NCBI RefSeq assembly: GCF_963506605.1 | Contig: NC_083286.1 | Location: 44,888,001-44,952,000, forward strand | Direction: 5' to 3' | From: Zootoca vivipara | Taxonomy: Eukaryota | DNA length: 64,000 bases | Shown here: piece by piece, positions 1-13,005 of the stretch | Numbering within the stretch: the stretch's first letter is position 1 | Layout of the letters: the number at the start of each line of letters is the position of its first letter | Translations under genes and position numbers: made by a program | Notes under the pieces: generated by a model | The model's database searches: none | What the model was told of the DNA's origin: nothing | Seen by the model: the letters and a program-made list of their open reading frames with translations, nothing else

Positions 1-66
1 TGTTAGCTAGGGATCATGGGAGTTGTAGGCCAAAACATCTGGAGGGCCGCAGTTTGGGGATGCCTG
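1..66. mobile_element. hAT-type hairpin MITE (partial, ~136-bp family)
   Basis: Ends with TIR ...TTTGGGGATGCCTG, as in the copies at 3493, 18644, 27470 and 63371. Confidence 0.8.
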
Positions 67-438
67 ATCTATTGTATCTAGCCATGATGGGGATGTTCTC
101 CTTACAACGTTGGAGGCCATATGCTTCTTAAGCAATGCCAGTTTCTGGGAGTCGCAAGTAGTTCAGGTCCTGTTTGTGGACTTCCCACGGGCAAGGCATC
201 TGGTCAACACAATGCTTGACTAGATGGGCCTTTGACTTGATCCAGCAGGGTCCTTCTCACATTTGTCTATTCTTGCCCAGCCCACCACCAGGTTTGGTGT
301 GCTGGGCTAGGTGCTTGGCCTCCTCCCGGTGTTTTGTGTTTGTGTGTGACATCACAGATGCTGAGATCCCCCTATGTTGGGTCCAAGCTGCACCTCCGTC
401 TCAAAGTATTTCTTTTCTTTTTAAAATGAGGACTGTCC

Positions 439-439
<1 letters not shown>

Positions 440-483
<44 letters not shown>
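440..483. repeat. (ATT)n microsatellite
   Basis: Seen directly. Confidence 0.95.
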
Positions 484-3400
484 GTACTTTTCTCTAACAC
501 ATCAGGAATGTAGAAGCAGTTGAAGGAATTTTAATTGTGTGCTTCATAACTAAAGTACATAGCTATCTAAAGCTCTCCACCCTCCTGCCCTGCCCCCGTC
601 CCAAGATCCACCAACGAAAATTACCTGGCTGTTTGATTTTATTAGGTAGCTTTAAAAAAGGACAATGATGGAGTGCCACCTGATCTGGTACTTTTTACTG
701 CTTGTTTGTGTTGAAACAGGACCAATATATGTGGTCAATCTAGAAATGCCTGAAAAGGATTAAAATGATAAACATGTGAATTTGCAATGGACAGAACTTT
801 TAACTAATGATGTATTAGATTTGTAACATTTATTGCATTTTATAGTTATGAAAACAAATTCAAAAAATTCAAAAATAACATAAAATCACCTTGTTGCAAT
901 ACTGGAAACACAAGGCCCTTAATCATGCTTTTGTTGTTGCCGTGGGAAGTACAGTGTGTGTTTGTTTGTTTGTGTGGGTGGGTGCTTCTTACAGTCAATT
1001 CTCCTCTGCAAATGCCTTTGGAGGCAAAGAAACCAGCTTCATCACTTACCATCTTTAATATATATTTTGTCCTTTCTGTCCTTGTGGCTGATCTGAAAAT
1101 ATAATACTGTATATAAATTGTAACGTTTCAAAAGTCTCAATGAAATGCAATTACACACTCCTGAGGGATGACCTGTGGATGTCCAATCAGTTAAGCAGTT
1201 ATCCTTCCTAACATTTAACATACATCTGCCTCCTTTCGTTGGGTATTAGTAGGCAATTGCTCACACTATGAATATTAATTGTGCAAACATGTTGTAATGT
1301 GCCTCACAGATAAGATTCTTCATGTCCATCAAATGAACAAATATTGAGTGATGCAATAAAATGTACTCAGTACTGTCTTCATCATGGTGGCCAACCTGAC
1401 ACCTCTGGGAAGCCTGAAAGCAGAGTTACACTGCATCCAACAGTGAAGATGGAACATAGCCATTGTGGTTAATAACCACCAACAGCCTTATCCTCCATGA
1501 ATTTGTGGACCTCCAGATAATGCTGGACTTCATTATCCATCAGCCCCAGCCAGTGGTGAGGAATGATGGAAGCTGTAGCCCAACATCACTGGCCTACACT
1601 TACGAGCTGTAGCTCTCCAGTTTTTCCAAGCCTTACCTGCAGATGCCAGGGATTGAACCTCGAACCTTCCGCATCTGCATGCAAAAACTTGTGCTCTGTG
1701 ACTTATAAATGTGAGAGTCCACCTGCACTTTGCTCAGGTGTTTTGCTAGCTTATCTGTAATGGTGAGGATGGGGAAAGAGGGAGAATGCACACCTGCACC
1801 ATTTCTCTCTGTGCTTCTTTTTCACATTCTTTGGTTGTGGATCCAAGCACGCTATCCCTTGGAAATAAATTATTAACAAGGTCTTGGTCCAGCAAATGCC
1901 ATTTTAGGTCACCTGCTCCTTTACCTCTCAGAGGGGGAAAAAATTACCTGTTATATTTTTTCCCATGTTCAGTGATCTGTAAAGGAATTAGTCTTCTGCT
2001 AGATCAGACTGGCTCTAGCAGGTGATATTGGGGGCTACGTATTTTCCTTTATTACCTTTCCTGTTGTATGCTGCTTTCTTCAGTAGGACTTGTTTCCAAG
2101 TGTGTGCAAAGGATTGCAGCCTTTACTGCCCAATTCATTTGTTTATTTGAAGCATTTTTACACATACACTTGAGTTGGCTTAGAACCATCAAGAAGACAG
2201 ACCCTGCTCTCAGGCTTACCATCTAGTAGACAATGATGCTGGTCTCTATTTTCAGGTGACTACTGTATTTTCAATCACATCGTGGCAAATTCAGGTTGTA
2301 TAATTCAAGTCGATTTGGAGCTGTTGTGTGGCAAACCTATTCCTATCCATCCCCTATGCCAAAATAGGTTTTTGTGTGCGTTAAGGGAAGTGGAATGCCC
2401 TCCCATCAGCTGTTAAGGAGATACAACCTTTGGAAGACATCTTAAGGCAGCCCTCTATAGGGAAGTTTTTTATGTTTCATGCTTTTGTATGTACTGGAAG
2501 CTGCTCAGAGTGGCTGGGGCAACCCAGTCAGATGGGTGGGGTACCAACAACAACAACAACAACAACATACTCAGCCTAAGGAAAAGTAAACCTCTGTTGC
2601 CACGTTTCCAAATTAAGGCCTTGTTTGGAAGTACCCACAAAAGGAGAAGATAGTTTCAGACACTGAAAGCATAAGGCAGAACTTTGCCTGTGCCAGAGTC
2701 TATGAGATCCAGAATGTCATGTGATATTCCTCAGAGCCAGACTTCTCAGAATCTCAAGTCAGCAAAGGACGCTAGGAAACTCAGATATGGACTTGGAACT
2801 GTTCCTGCAAACAACTTGTGGCCCAACAAGCCAACCGTAACCCTTCAACCATCTACAGTTTTCTAGGAGGTGCTTGACAATCCGTGGTTTTTCCCCTCAG
2901 GAGGTGGGGGGGGGACAGGTTTATTGGGCCACTGTACATGATTGATAGGACAAACTCATCTTGGTGAGTCAGCTGTCAACTAGCCAGTTTTAACCTCTGT
3001 ATTTCATGAGTTCAAAGAGTTACTCATTGCACGTCCTCCGGAATGATAAGAAATTAAGATTAATACGTGCTCTGATGAGCTGTCTGAACATTGTCCTATT
3101 TTATGTCTAGAGAATGCAGCTATCAAAGAGGACTACATGACATTATCCACCTTATCTATATCACACTGGCATAAATCTTCATTGGCTCAAGGGCTTATCT
3201 GGGGAAACCTCTGCAATGTTAGGAAATGTCATCTTTCTTCCAATCTTCAATTTTGAGACTATTTTAAAAAGCACCTTTGCGCTATTTGTTGGGGCAGAAT
3301 GTGGATGCGGTTGTACCATACTCTGAATTCTGCTGGGTTTGAAAATAAAGTAAGGCACATTTGAACATTATTCCAAAATTCCACATTCACAGGCCACTTT

Positions 3401-3492
3401 AAACCAGTTAAACTAAACTATGGTTTAGAAATGAAGGCACATGCACTTTGCTCCCCCACAACTCGGTGCTGCAGTGCTGCCAGGAGCTAAGC

Positions 3493-3628
3493 CAGGCACC
3501 CCCAAACTTTGGCCCTCCAGATGTTTTGGACTACAATTCCCATCTTCCCCAACCACTGGTCCTGTTAGCTAGGGATCATGGGAGTTGTAGGCCAAAACAT
3601 CTGTAGGGCCGCGGTTTGGGGATGCCTG
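3493..3628. mobile_element. hAT-type hairpin MITE
   Basis: TIR CAGGCA(T/C)CCCCAAAC; 8-bp TSD AGCTAAGC. Confidence 0.88.
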
Positions 3629-3857
3629 AGCTAAGCCATGGTCTCGTTATGTCTGATCCTGGGTTTGTGGTTTGTCTTCCCCAAAGAAATCTCAAGCAGT
3701 AAGCCAAGAACAAACCATGGATTAATTTGGTTAATTTGGAAGGAAATAAACCACAAGGCTACATTCAGAAATAACACTACTGTATTCCAAACCATGGCGT
3801 AGCAAGGAGGAGTGAAGCACTTGTGATTTCAGCAGCATGTCATACTATAAAACATAA

Positions 3858-4408
3858 GTTAAGAAGGATATTGACAAGCTGGAATGTGTGCAGAGGAGGG
3901 AAACCAAGATGATCAAGGGTCCACACCTGGAGTACTATGTCCCATTCTGGATACCACAGTTTAAGAAGGATATTAACAATCTGGAACATGTGCAGAGGAG
4001 GGAAACCAAGCCTTAGGAGGGACAGTTGAGGGAATTGGGTATGTTTAGCCTGGGTAAAAGAAGACTGAGAGGAGATATGATAGCCATCTTCAAATATCTT
4101 AAGGGATGTCACATGGGAGATGGCGCAAGCTCGTTTTCTCTTGCTCCAGAGTGTAGGACCCGAATCAATGGCTTCAAGTTACAAGAAAGGAGACTAAACA
4201 TCATGAAGATTTCTCTGACAGTAAGAGCTATTTGACAGTGGGACACTCTCCTTCGGAAGGTAGTGGACTCTCTTTCATTGGAGGTTTTTAGGCAGAGGTT
4301 GAATGGCCAGCTGTCATGGATTGTGCTAGTTGAGATTCCTGCATTGCAGGGGGTTGGACTAGAAGACAATCAGGGTCCCTTCCAACTCTACAATTCTATG
4401 ATTCTATG
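3858..4408 (+). mobile_element. CR1 3' fragment with internal duplication
   Basis: [17 protein letters not shown] and ATTCTATG tail; about 50 bp repeated at 3859 and 3961. Confidence 0.85.
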
Positions 4409-6069
4409 GTTTTGCCCCCAAAGCAAGATGATTCATTCTGCCTCACCCCCCCCCCCCGCCTACATGGCAAACTGCTGGGGTACCCTGGGAATCTGCTCTT
4501 TAAGTGCCACAGCTTCCTCCCTGCCCCATTGCAATACAACTGGGCACACAAGGACTTGCAGCATATTTGAACTTGCTGTTTGGGTCCCAGCCATACTCTC
4601 AAGGCAGCGTAGGGATCAGAGGCAGAGAAGCACGAAACAGCTGGAATAGGTTCCTGCAATTTAACAGTCTACTGATTCAGTTAAGCTTTTGTCCCCTAAA
4701 CAGAGAGATGTAAAGGAGCAATTGTTGCCAATTTAATCTGAGTTCCAGCTTTTAATTTTCTCAAGGCTGTCAAGCCATTATGCTCAGCACAGCTAAGCCG
4801 AGCAGCCCTGAGTCAAATCACAGCCTACATTGTTAACATTCAGGTTGCCTGGACAAAAACAGGAAAAGAGAAATAAACAATACAGGTTGGAGGCTGTTTG
4901 CTCGGTTTTTGTTCATTTACCAGATATGCAAGCAGTGCCTGATTCTACAATGTGACCTTTGGGTTTAATTCCCCCAGAAGATCACCTGTGCAAGAGAGAG
5001 AGAGAGAGGAGGATGGGAAATACTGAGCTCACCCGTGACCCTTTAGGATGAGCTGGTGGTCATAGGCTGTGTACACATTGCTGTTTACTCGGGCTCCATT
5101 GCGCTCCCACTGCTGGTGTTTGAAGCTGTGCACACATAGTGTTTGCCACAAGCCATACATGTGCTGTAGTTTCTTGAGAAATACTGTTGTTTGGTATGTT
5201 CCCCCTCGAACCAGCTTCCATCTGATTTGCAAACATAAGCCACATTCATTTTGCAGTTAAGCTGAGGTGTGTGTACTTGAGATCACCTTTGTGAATGCAG
5301 TTTCATGAGTAGGAGTTGCGGGAGTGTAGGCATGGTGAAACCAAACAGGCAATGTGCATTGGGTGAAGACATCCCCACCCCTTCTCTGGTGTGCACAGCA
5401 ATGTAAGAATGTGACTTGAAACACAGCCTTGCTGCATTTTAAGCTGCTAGTGTGTACATTGCCTTAGAACAGAAAAAGGAGTTAGTGTTTAAGATTGGAG
5501 GCATTTCCAGCCTATGTTTGTGTGGTATTCAATCACTTACTGGCAAATCCAGGCTGTACAATTGGGAGGTCTTGTGCAACAAACCTGCTTTGCCCCCAAA
5601 TATCAGACTTTGTGGTATGAAAAGTAATGGGAAAATGCAGTGGGAAGTGCGGGATAACACTCACTTTGACTGACCTGCAAACAAACCAGACTGATTGCTC
5701 ATTTAATAGCCAGCATCTAATATCCCTGCAGACAAAATCAGGATGAATGCACAATAAACAGGGTGTCTGGACATACCCTTAGAGAAAAGCAATTGTTTAT
5801 AGACTTTGAAACAAAAATGCACATTTTTGCCCAGAAAAACTCACCATGAGTTTACTTTTCTCTTAATTTTGGCACAAGGATGTGACGTTCCTAGAATCTC
5901 TTTAAAGAGTCAAGTTGCTACAGGACATGGTGCTCTCAACTGTGTGACCTCACAGTGTGTTGGAGCACTCAGAGGGTCACTTCCAGATGATAGACAACTC
6001 ATGGGAAACTTGTGTAATGAGAAATGGCTGTGCATATTAAACATCAGTGGCATTAGTTGTCTGAAGTGT

Positions 6070-6070
<1 letters not shown>

Positions 6071-6145
<75 letters not shown>
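6071..6145. repeat. (CT)n microsatellite
   Basis: Seen directly. Confidence 0.95.
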
Positions 6146-6149
<4 letters not shown>

Positions 6150-7831
6150 ATTTCATTTGTTGCCATTTGATGATTGTCTCTGAAGGCAAATCATGGAAAG
6201 CAGAAGATGCTTTCAGTTCACACCTTACACACACACACGTGAGGATAAAAAGATTTTTTTTAAAGTATGATTAAACCAGCTACTTCAATGCTCCCAGTAC
6301 AGATCAGAGGCACATTCCAGATCAGGGACTTGTGGCTGCTTTGCCTTCAGGCTAAAAATTGCTCATTTAAGAATCATTTATTTTCTCCCCCTAATTATAA
6401 CACATAGTTTGGCATTTAAATTTCTCTGTTTGTCTGTCTATTTTACTTCCCTCATATCTATAGTGGCATTTGCTTTTATCCCACTTTCTGCCCCACATGC
6501 ACACATGCACACAAGTAGCACAAGAGAGGCCCAGAGAGCCTGATTGTCATGTATGAAAAACAGTGTTGTAATGGTACATTCCGAAGGGTAGGCACTCATC
6601 ATGACCATTGCCAGAACTATGCCCCTTCCAGTACAAAATCACACTTGATCAATGCAGACATTATGTCATCAATATTAAGGTGGCCTTTTTTTCTCACCAC
6701 CCCTTGTATTTCATTTAGCATCCGGCCTGAAGCAGTGTTCTGGTGGACTCAAATGCTTGCTCGCTATTTGGGGCCATTTTTTTTTGTCATGAAAAAAGAG
6801 GCTTTAAAATTTTTCAAAATAAAAACTGGCTGTTTGGACTGTTAGCCAGGTGTGCTAATGTACCTACCTCTTCCTCAACTTACCTTATTTGGTGGGTTTA
6901 TCTGAGAAAAATGTTAGCTATCTGGAATGCAGGGGATGGGAAATTGTGCCCAGGAGACGACATCATCACTTTCTGTGAAATAAGTGGTGGTGCTTTGTCG
7001 TTGCACGCCCTTGTTCCTGATGGGGGGGGGGGATCCCAATGAGTATTAGGGCCGGCTCGATACATTTTGGCACCTGAAGTAAATCTTGCTTTAATGCTTG
7101 CTATGCACTGCTTTTTCTCTTTTTTGCATTTCAATTTTTTGCAGTGAGTTTCCTTAGTTGTGAAAAGCAACATAAAAATCAATTTAAAAAACCCAGTTAA
7201 CTCATTCTGTGAGTGCCTATCCTTAGGACTGAAGATGCTCAGCGCACATGAAAGAGTCTCTGGGCTAGGAGAACAGAAAGTTGTATTCTGGAGAAGGGAT
7301 GACAATTTCATACTGCAATATTTTGTTGCAGATCACACTTTAACAACAGCAACAACAATGCAGCCAGTGGAGACCTCCCTAGGGAGTGTTTGGGTCTCCC
7401 TCTCCTGCACCCAAGGCTTTGAACCTTTGGATCAGTATTGCCAATTGGTTTCAAGGTAGGCTGATGCAAACAAAAACCAGCTGTTGGGCAGGGAAATTTG
7501 CTCAGGCTCCCATGTCAGGAAAGGGTGTGCATCGGGCCAAGGCAAGGACACAACGAAATGTGCGGGCTCAGCAGATCCTCCTTTCCTTAAAAACAAGTAA
7601 TAAGTTTCTTGGAATTAATGTCCTCCCCACACACATTTTGACTCTACCACCAGCTCGGAGTTACTGAGGGGAGCTTAGACACTGCACCGCCCCCAAAAAG
7701 CCACTTTTCCTGCACAATTCTTTTTCCCAGGACGACAGGAAAAGCTCGTTATTTCCAGTTAGTTAACGAAAACAAACGTTTGGCTAGGTTTCGCTCCAGG
7801 GAGCTTGCAAGGACATTGCAAAAGAGTCCCC

Positions 7832-7883
7832 TGAACTTTGAACCGCGCCTTGCAAGCGGTGATAAACAGGCGGAGTATAAATA
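7832..7883 (+). promoter_or_regulatory. SELENOP: SELENOP proximal promoter: HNF4-type DR1, forkhead site and TATA box
   Basis: TGAACTTTGAACC (7832-7844, DR1), ATAAACA (7862-7868, forkhead core) and TATAAAT (7876-7882) lie just upstream of a strong donor at 7996. HNF4A/FoxO control of mammalian SELENOP is established. Confidence 0.7.
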
Positions 7884-7904
7884 TCAGAGAACTGCAGCTG
7901 CTAA

Positions 7905-7995
7905 CTTAGATAGCTAGATTTGTTTTCCTTGCATGGTGTAGCTGGAGAGAACACAAGCGAAGTTGAGGAGCAGCCAAGCGAAGGGTGGGGCCCGG
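7905..7995 (+). other. SELENOP: SELENOP non-coding exon 1 (start approximate)
   Basis: About 25-30 nt downstream of the TATA box; ends at CGG|GTAAGT. The next exon acceptor is AG at 9324-9325. Confidence 0.65.
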
Positions 7996-8979
7996 GTAAG
8001 TCTGTTGTTTCCTTGTCAAATTCGCTTTTCCGATTTCTGCGAAAGTCATTTTTTGTCTTTTTGTGTGTTGAATCGGGAATCGGTTTTATATATTTGTGCG
8101 CGCGCAAAGCGAGACTCTAGTCTACAAAGTGTGATTCTCGCAAGTTTTCCTCCTCAAGATTTTAGGCAGTATGACATGGGCAGCTTTCACGGACTCCAGC
8201 TTCAAACAATAGTTCCCCACATATGTATTGCACATTCGTAAATGTATATCGGTGTGTACCTCTTGTGAGAGGGCAGACTTGCAGAAGAGGCTGAGTTGTC
8301 AGGCTTTGGAGGTGGCAAGAGAACAGGATTTGTGTATTTGTTTCCATAATGGGGTTTCTGGAAAGCAATATATTATATTCTTCCAGAATTTATCGTGTTC
8401 AGAGCTGTCGGAACAGAGGGGGAAAGGGGACAAATCAGATAAAGCTTGACATTAACAGTACAAGCCTATGCATGGTTACTCAGAAGTAAGCACAGTCTAG
8501 TCCACTTTACTCCCATGAAAGTGTTTACAGGATTGCAGTTTAATAAGTCTATGCAGTGGCCACCCCCCCTCGTGCAGCCTTACTCACAAGTAAATATGCA
8601 TAGGATCAGGCTGTTGTGCGAGTCCCATGGATTACAAACACACTGTAGTTTTAGTGGTGGTTGACATCAACTGGCTTTTACTCAGAGTAGACCCATTAAA
8701 ACTAATGGTGACAGCTAACTTAGACCAGACCCACTGGAATGAATAGACCTGAATAAAAGTTAGTTGAACACAACCCTGTATCTTTGAAATAAATACAAAC
8801 GGGGAATGATTGCACACTTTGAATTTTGACATTTGCCTCAATTAAACTGAATATAGCAAACATAAACAGCTGTTTGCTATAACTGCAGTGGTTCCCAAAG
8901 AAAGGGAAAGGCGAGGGGTGGGGTTGGAGTCCTTGAAAACAAGAAGTGGGACAGATTCATTGGGAACAAAATAATAATA

Positions 8980-9200
8980 AAATTCTTCCAGTAGCACCTT
9001 AGAGACCAACTAAGTTTGTCATTGGTATGAGCTTTCGTGTGCATGCACACTTCTTCAGATACACAAAGTGTGTGTGCACACAAAAGCTCACACCAATGAC
9101 AAACTTAGTTGGTCTCTAAGGTGCTACTGGAAGATTTATTTATTTTTTACAGTGTATTTTGTTTCGACTACGCCAGAGCAACACGGCTACCTACCTGTAA
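8980..9200. mobile_element. Penelope-like element remnant (inverted pseudo-LTR hairpin) in SELENOP intron 1
   Basis: About 75-bp inverted repeat CTTCCAGTAGCACCTTAGAGACCAACTAAGTTTGTCATTGG...CCAATGACAAACTTAGTTGGTCTCTAAGGTGCTACTGGAAG that carries a hammerhead core. Confidence 0.7.
9025..9062 (-). ncRNA. Minimal type I hammerhead ribozyme motif
   Basis: Minus strand reads GUAU-CUGAAGA-A-GUGUGC(AU)GCACAC-GAA-AGCU-C-AUAC: stem I, CUGANGA, stem II, GAAA, palindromic stem III and UC cleavage site. Confidence 0.75.
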
Positions 9201-9332
9201 CTAGATTTATTGGGAGTATGTTTATTCTGCTCTGGAGGAACTAGGGGCAGGAGGCATGTTCTGCGACCAACCGATGGGGTTGTGGGTGAAGCGTTCAACT
9301 TGTTTTCTTTTCTTTTCTGCCAAAGCCCTGCC

Positions 9333-9535
9333 ATGTGGGTTGGCCTGGGGCTTGCCCTGGCTCTCTGTCTCCTCCCAGGAGGAGGGACAGAGGGCCAGGG
9401 TACCAGCAGCCGTTGCAGAGAGGCTCCAGAATGGCAAATCGGGGAAGAAGATCCTATGCTGGATTCCAGGGGTACTGTCACGGTGGTAGCCCTTCTTCAA
9501 GCCAGCTGATACATGTGCCTGTTGCAGGCTTCTAG
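9333..9535 (+). CDS. SELENOP: Selenoprotein P coding exon 1 (signal peptide; UxxC motif, Sec TGA at 9507-9509)
   Basis: MWVGLGLALALCLLPGGGTE...VTVVALLQAS-U-YMCLLQAS; Kozak GCCATG; donor AG|GTAAG at 9536; 203 nt. Confidence 0.97.
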
Positions 9536-10947
9536 GTAAGGACATCCTGTGTTTGCACCTGCATTTTGGTAGGGGAGAGTGGATCTTTTTGTCAAAAATA
9601 AGAGGCACGTTTATACAAGACGGGGGTGGGATTTTCTCCTTATTTTCTTTCAGGCTTATGGTGTCTCTACTTTTCCATGACTCCCAAAAGTGTTTCTGTT
9701 ATGAAAGTTATTTTTGGCTCACAAACTGAAATTTCTGGCTCCACTGCTTGGATTCTGTACTGCTGTTTGTAATAACAAAACTCCTCCTATAAGCTTCATT
9801 CTTCGTTTTTGAATTTCATCCAGAGCTTGGACGAAATGAAAGCAAACCAGCAAGTGCCCAAGCAACAGAGCACTACATGTTTCATGGGGATTATATAGCA
9901 GAGAGAGGCCATTAGTGCTTTCATGACTTCATAGTTCTCTTGCACTGTCCCATTACAAACTTCCTTGGCTAGCTTCAGGGGGACATCAAACCATTCCACT
10001 CCTCATATTGTTTCTTTAGTAAATTAAATACAGCTGTTCAGATATTAGAAGTGTGAAAGTCCACAGTGCCCTGCATTCTTCAGATTGGGGTGAATGACCT
10101 CCAAAGCCTTATATTGGGGGGGGGGGGGCGGCGGTGGGAGACAGAACTGCTGATGCCTTGCAAAAGAGACCCAGATTGTTCAGGCTGTAGTGAGCAAGGA
10201 AAACCTGAGTTGCCAAATTAACTTCTGCTTTTCCAGTTTATTGTCCTCCAAGGGCATACAATTTGCAGCTACTGTGACAGTTACAGAAAGAAGGAGGAAA
10301 ATGACATCCATTTGCACATAATCTCCACTTTTTTTTAAAAAAGCAGCATATTACTACTAATTTTCAAGCATTAGTACAGGGCTTTTTGGGTGGGAGATGG
10401 ATCAAAGGCTTTTTTCACAGACATATGAAAAAGCCTTTAGAATGGCAATTGCTCTTTTTTTTTACTTTTAACACAACCAATTAAACAGTAAAGCGATTTG
10501 CCAAGGACATATTTTAAAATCTTAAATTATTTGAGTAGGCAAGAACCATGTTTGTCCCATATGGCATTAAAATCTTCACATGCAATAATATTAATACCGC
10601 TTGGCCAAATGTTCTGTTTTCTAATCACAAGCACGCAAACACCATAGCAAATACCTCCAGAGCCACATATGTGGTAATTTGAACTATCCATAAAAGGTCA
10701 GTGCCACTCATTTCTGACAACACCCTAGAAGATAGCATACACAACTAATATTTTACAGTTATGCTGTTGTATGCTGATTGCTTGTTTTAAATTCTAAGTT
10801 GTCCAGAGACAAATAAATCCAATATTAACAGTGGGAGTTTATAGATTCTGAGAAGCCGCCATTTCATCTTAACAAAGAATATAAACTGTCCTGAAGGTGG
10901 ATAGTGCACATAAAATACTCCTTTTCTCTCTCTCTATTTCCTATTAG

Positions 10948-11160
10948 ATTGGAAGATCTGCAACTGAAGCTTGAAAGTGATGGCTTGGTAAATGTTTCAT
11001 TTGTGGTGATCAATCACCAAGGACACCATTCCCAGCTGAAGTATAACCAGCTAAGAGAAAAGGTTTCGGAGAACATTCCTGTATACCAGCAGGATGCAAA
11101 ACAACCTGATGTCTGGACTACTCTAAGTGGAAAGAAGGATGACTTCCTCATCTACGACAG
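10948..11160 (+). CDS. SELENOP: Selenoprotein P coding exon 2
   Basis: ttag|A TTG GAA gives LEDLQLKLESDGLVNVSFVVINHQG...KKDDFLIYDR; donor at 11161; 213 nt, phase compatible. Confidence 0.97.
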
Positions 11161-11275
11161 GTCTGTATATAAAGGAAAAGCTAGGAGATCTAAATGAACC
11201 TCATGGGGCAAGGTTTTCCATAGCACTGAGGAGAATAGGGCTGAGAAGACCCTGCTTCCCATCCATATCAATCTT

Positions 11276-11427
11276 AAAGGTAAAGGTACCATGTGGTCCA
11301 GTCGCGTACAACTCTGGGGTTGCGCGCTCATCTTGCTCTATAGGCCAAGGGAACCGGCATTTGTCCGCAGACCAGCATGAGTAAGCCCTAGGCTCTCTGG
11401 TTTAGACCACAGCACCATCCACGTCCC
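11276..11427 (-). mobile_element. Sauria SINE, internally deleted
   Basis: Head and tail present, middle missing; TSD ATATCAA(T/C)CTTA. Confidence 0.78.
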
Positions 11428-12057
11428 ATATCAACCTTATTTCCACCATAAATAGGATACTAGGTTGTAACCAACAGGCACATAGATAGCTGAAGAGTTC
11501 TAGTAGCTTAGCTGTCCCTTGCACATGCTACTTTTTAATCTATAGATATGTTATTGATTTTGAAAATAAGGAAGCACATTCATTTATGTGAGTCCCCATC
11601 TGCAACCCAGGCATGGGTTTATTGCTTCAGGACAAACTTTGCTGCTCTTGAAGGTTTTTCTTGGCAGAGAGCTCCTTGCACTCTTAAAGAGGCATGAGAA
11701 GTGAGAGGGTGCCTGGATTTCCACAGAAACATGCTCACAGGGAGAAAAAGTGTCATGATTTGCTGTTGTAAGAGCCTGTGCAAATGCCATTCCACCCCTG
11801 CAAGCTAGCTATATAGGATTGAGGCAGCTGTGAAATGCTTGCAGTAGACTTTTTATGGATTATAACAGAACACAGGACATCTAGCACAACAGAAATTCAT
11901 TTTTCATTTTCATAAAGCTCCACATTATGGGTGATAATAAACTTTAAGTATTATTCCAAGTAGATGCATTGAAATTAATGAATATGACCAATAGTTGAAT
12001 ACCACCCCATGAATGTATTTCACATTGATATTAAAACTCGGGTAACTTTCTTTCTAG

Positions 12058-12175
12058 GTGTGGCCGTCTAGTGTATCATCTTGGTTTGCCCTACTCTTTT
12101 CTAAGTTTTCCGTATGTGGAAGAAGCTATTCAGATCACATACTGTGAATCCAAGTGTGGAAACTGCTCTTATCTG
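12058..12175 (+). CDS. SELENOP: Selenoprotein P coding exon 3
   Basis: ctag|G TGT GGC gives CGRLVYHLGLPYSFLSFPYVEEAIQITYCESKCGNCSYL|gt; 118 nt. Confidence 0.97.
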
Positions 12176-13005
12176 GTACTTTTTTTTTTTACAATATTCT
12201 TTTCCCATTGTGTTTGTGTGCATTTAATTGAATAAACAGAAACCTAATCAAGCATGTTTTACCAGAGCGGTTTTAGCTTATATTCTGAACATGATTTTTG
12301 AAAAATTTGAAAGGTCCTGGGCTGCTATGGGCTTAATTTGTGGTGGAAACCTGCTATAATGCGTACAGCCGAGGTACTCCCACACCATTGGATTCTAACT
12401 TACATATTCCCTACTGCTGAACCATCGTGAAGGCACGTCTTGACAAACTTTGTGCCGGAAAGCACTCTGTGACTCCATCTCTGGAGCTAAGTATGGGAGC
12501 CCTCCTGAAACCCATTTGGAAGCTCATTGGAAAGCCAGGATAACTGAATAAATAAATAAAATGAGTGGCTTGTAGCCAATGAAATCCTACTCACAGTAGA
12601 CTCACTTAAATTAATGAACCTAAGTTAGTCCTGTCCATTGACTTCAGTTTGTCTACTCATACTAAGGCTAGCATGGGGTACAACCCTTTGACTCTACAGC
12701 CATCATGCAAATAGAAAGTCTCATATTCTTAATGCCTCCCGCATGATACCAAAGAACTGAAACATGCATTTTCTTAACGAGTTTCGTGTTGATCGTAGTA
12801 TCATGAAATTTTACAAGTTGCTATGGAGAGAGAAAATTGTTAAATGCTTCACCACCATTCAATAGAAGTGCATTAATTTGAAGGTTGTAATTTTACACAG
12901 CAGGTATATAAGAATCAGCTAAAATTTTGCACATGTATTTAAAGAGCCACATACCTGTCTACCGAAACAGGGTGCATTTATGTTGCCTGCACTATTTCCT
13001 TCCAG

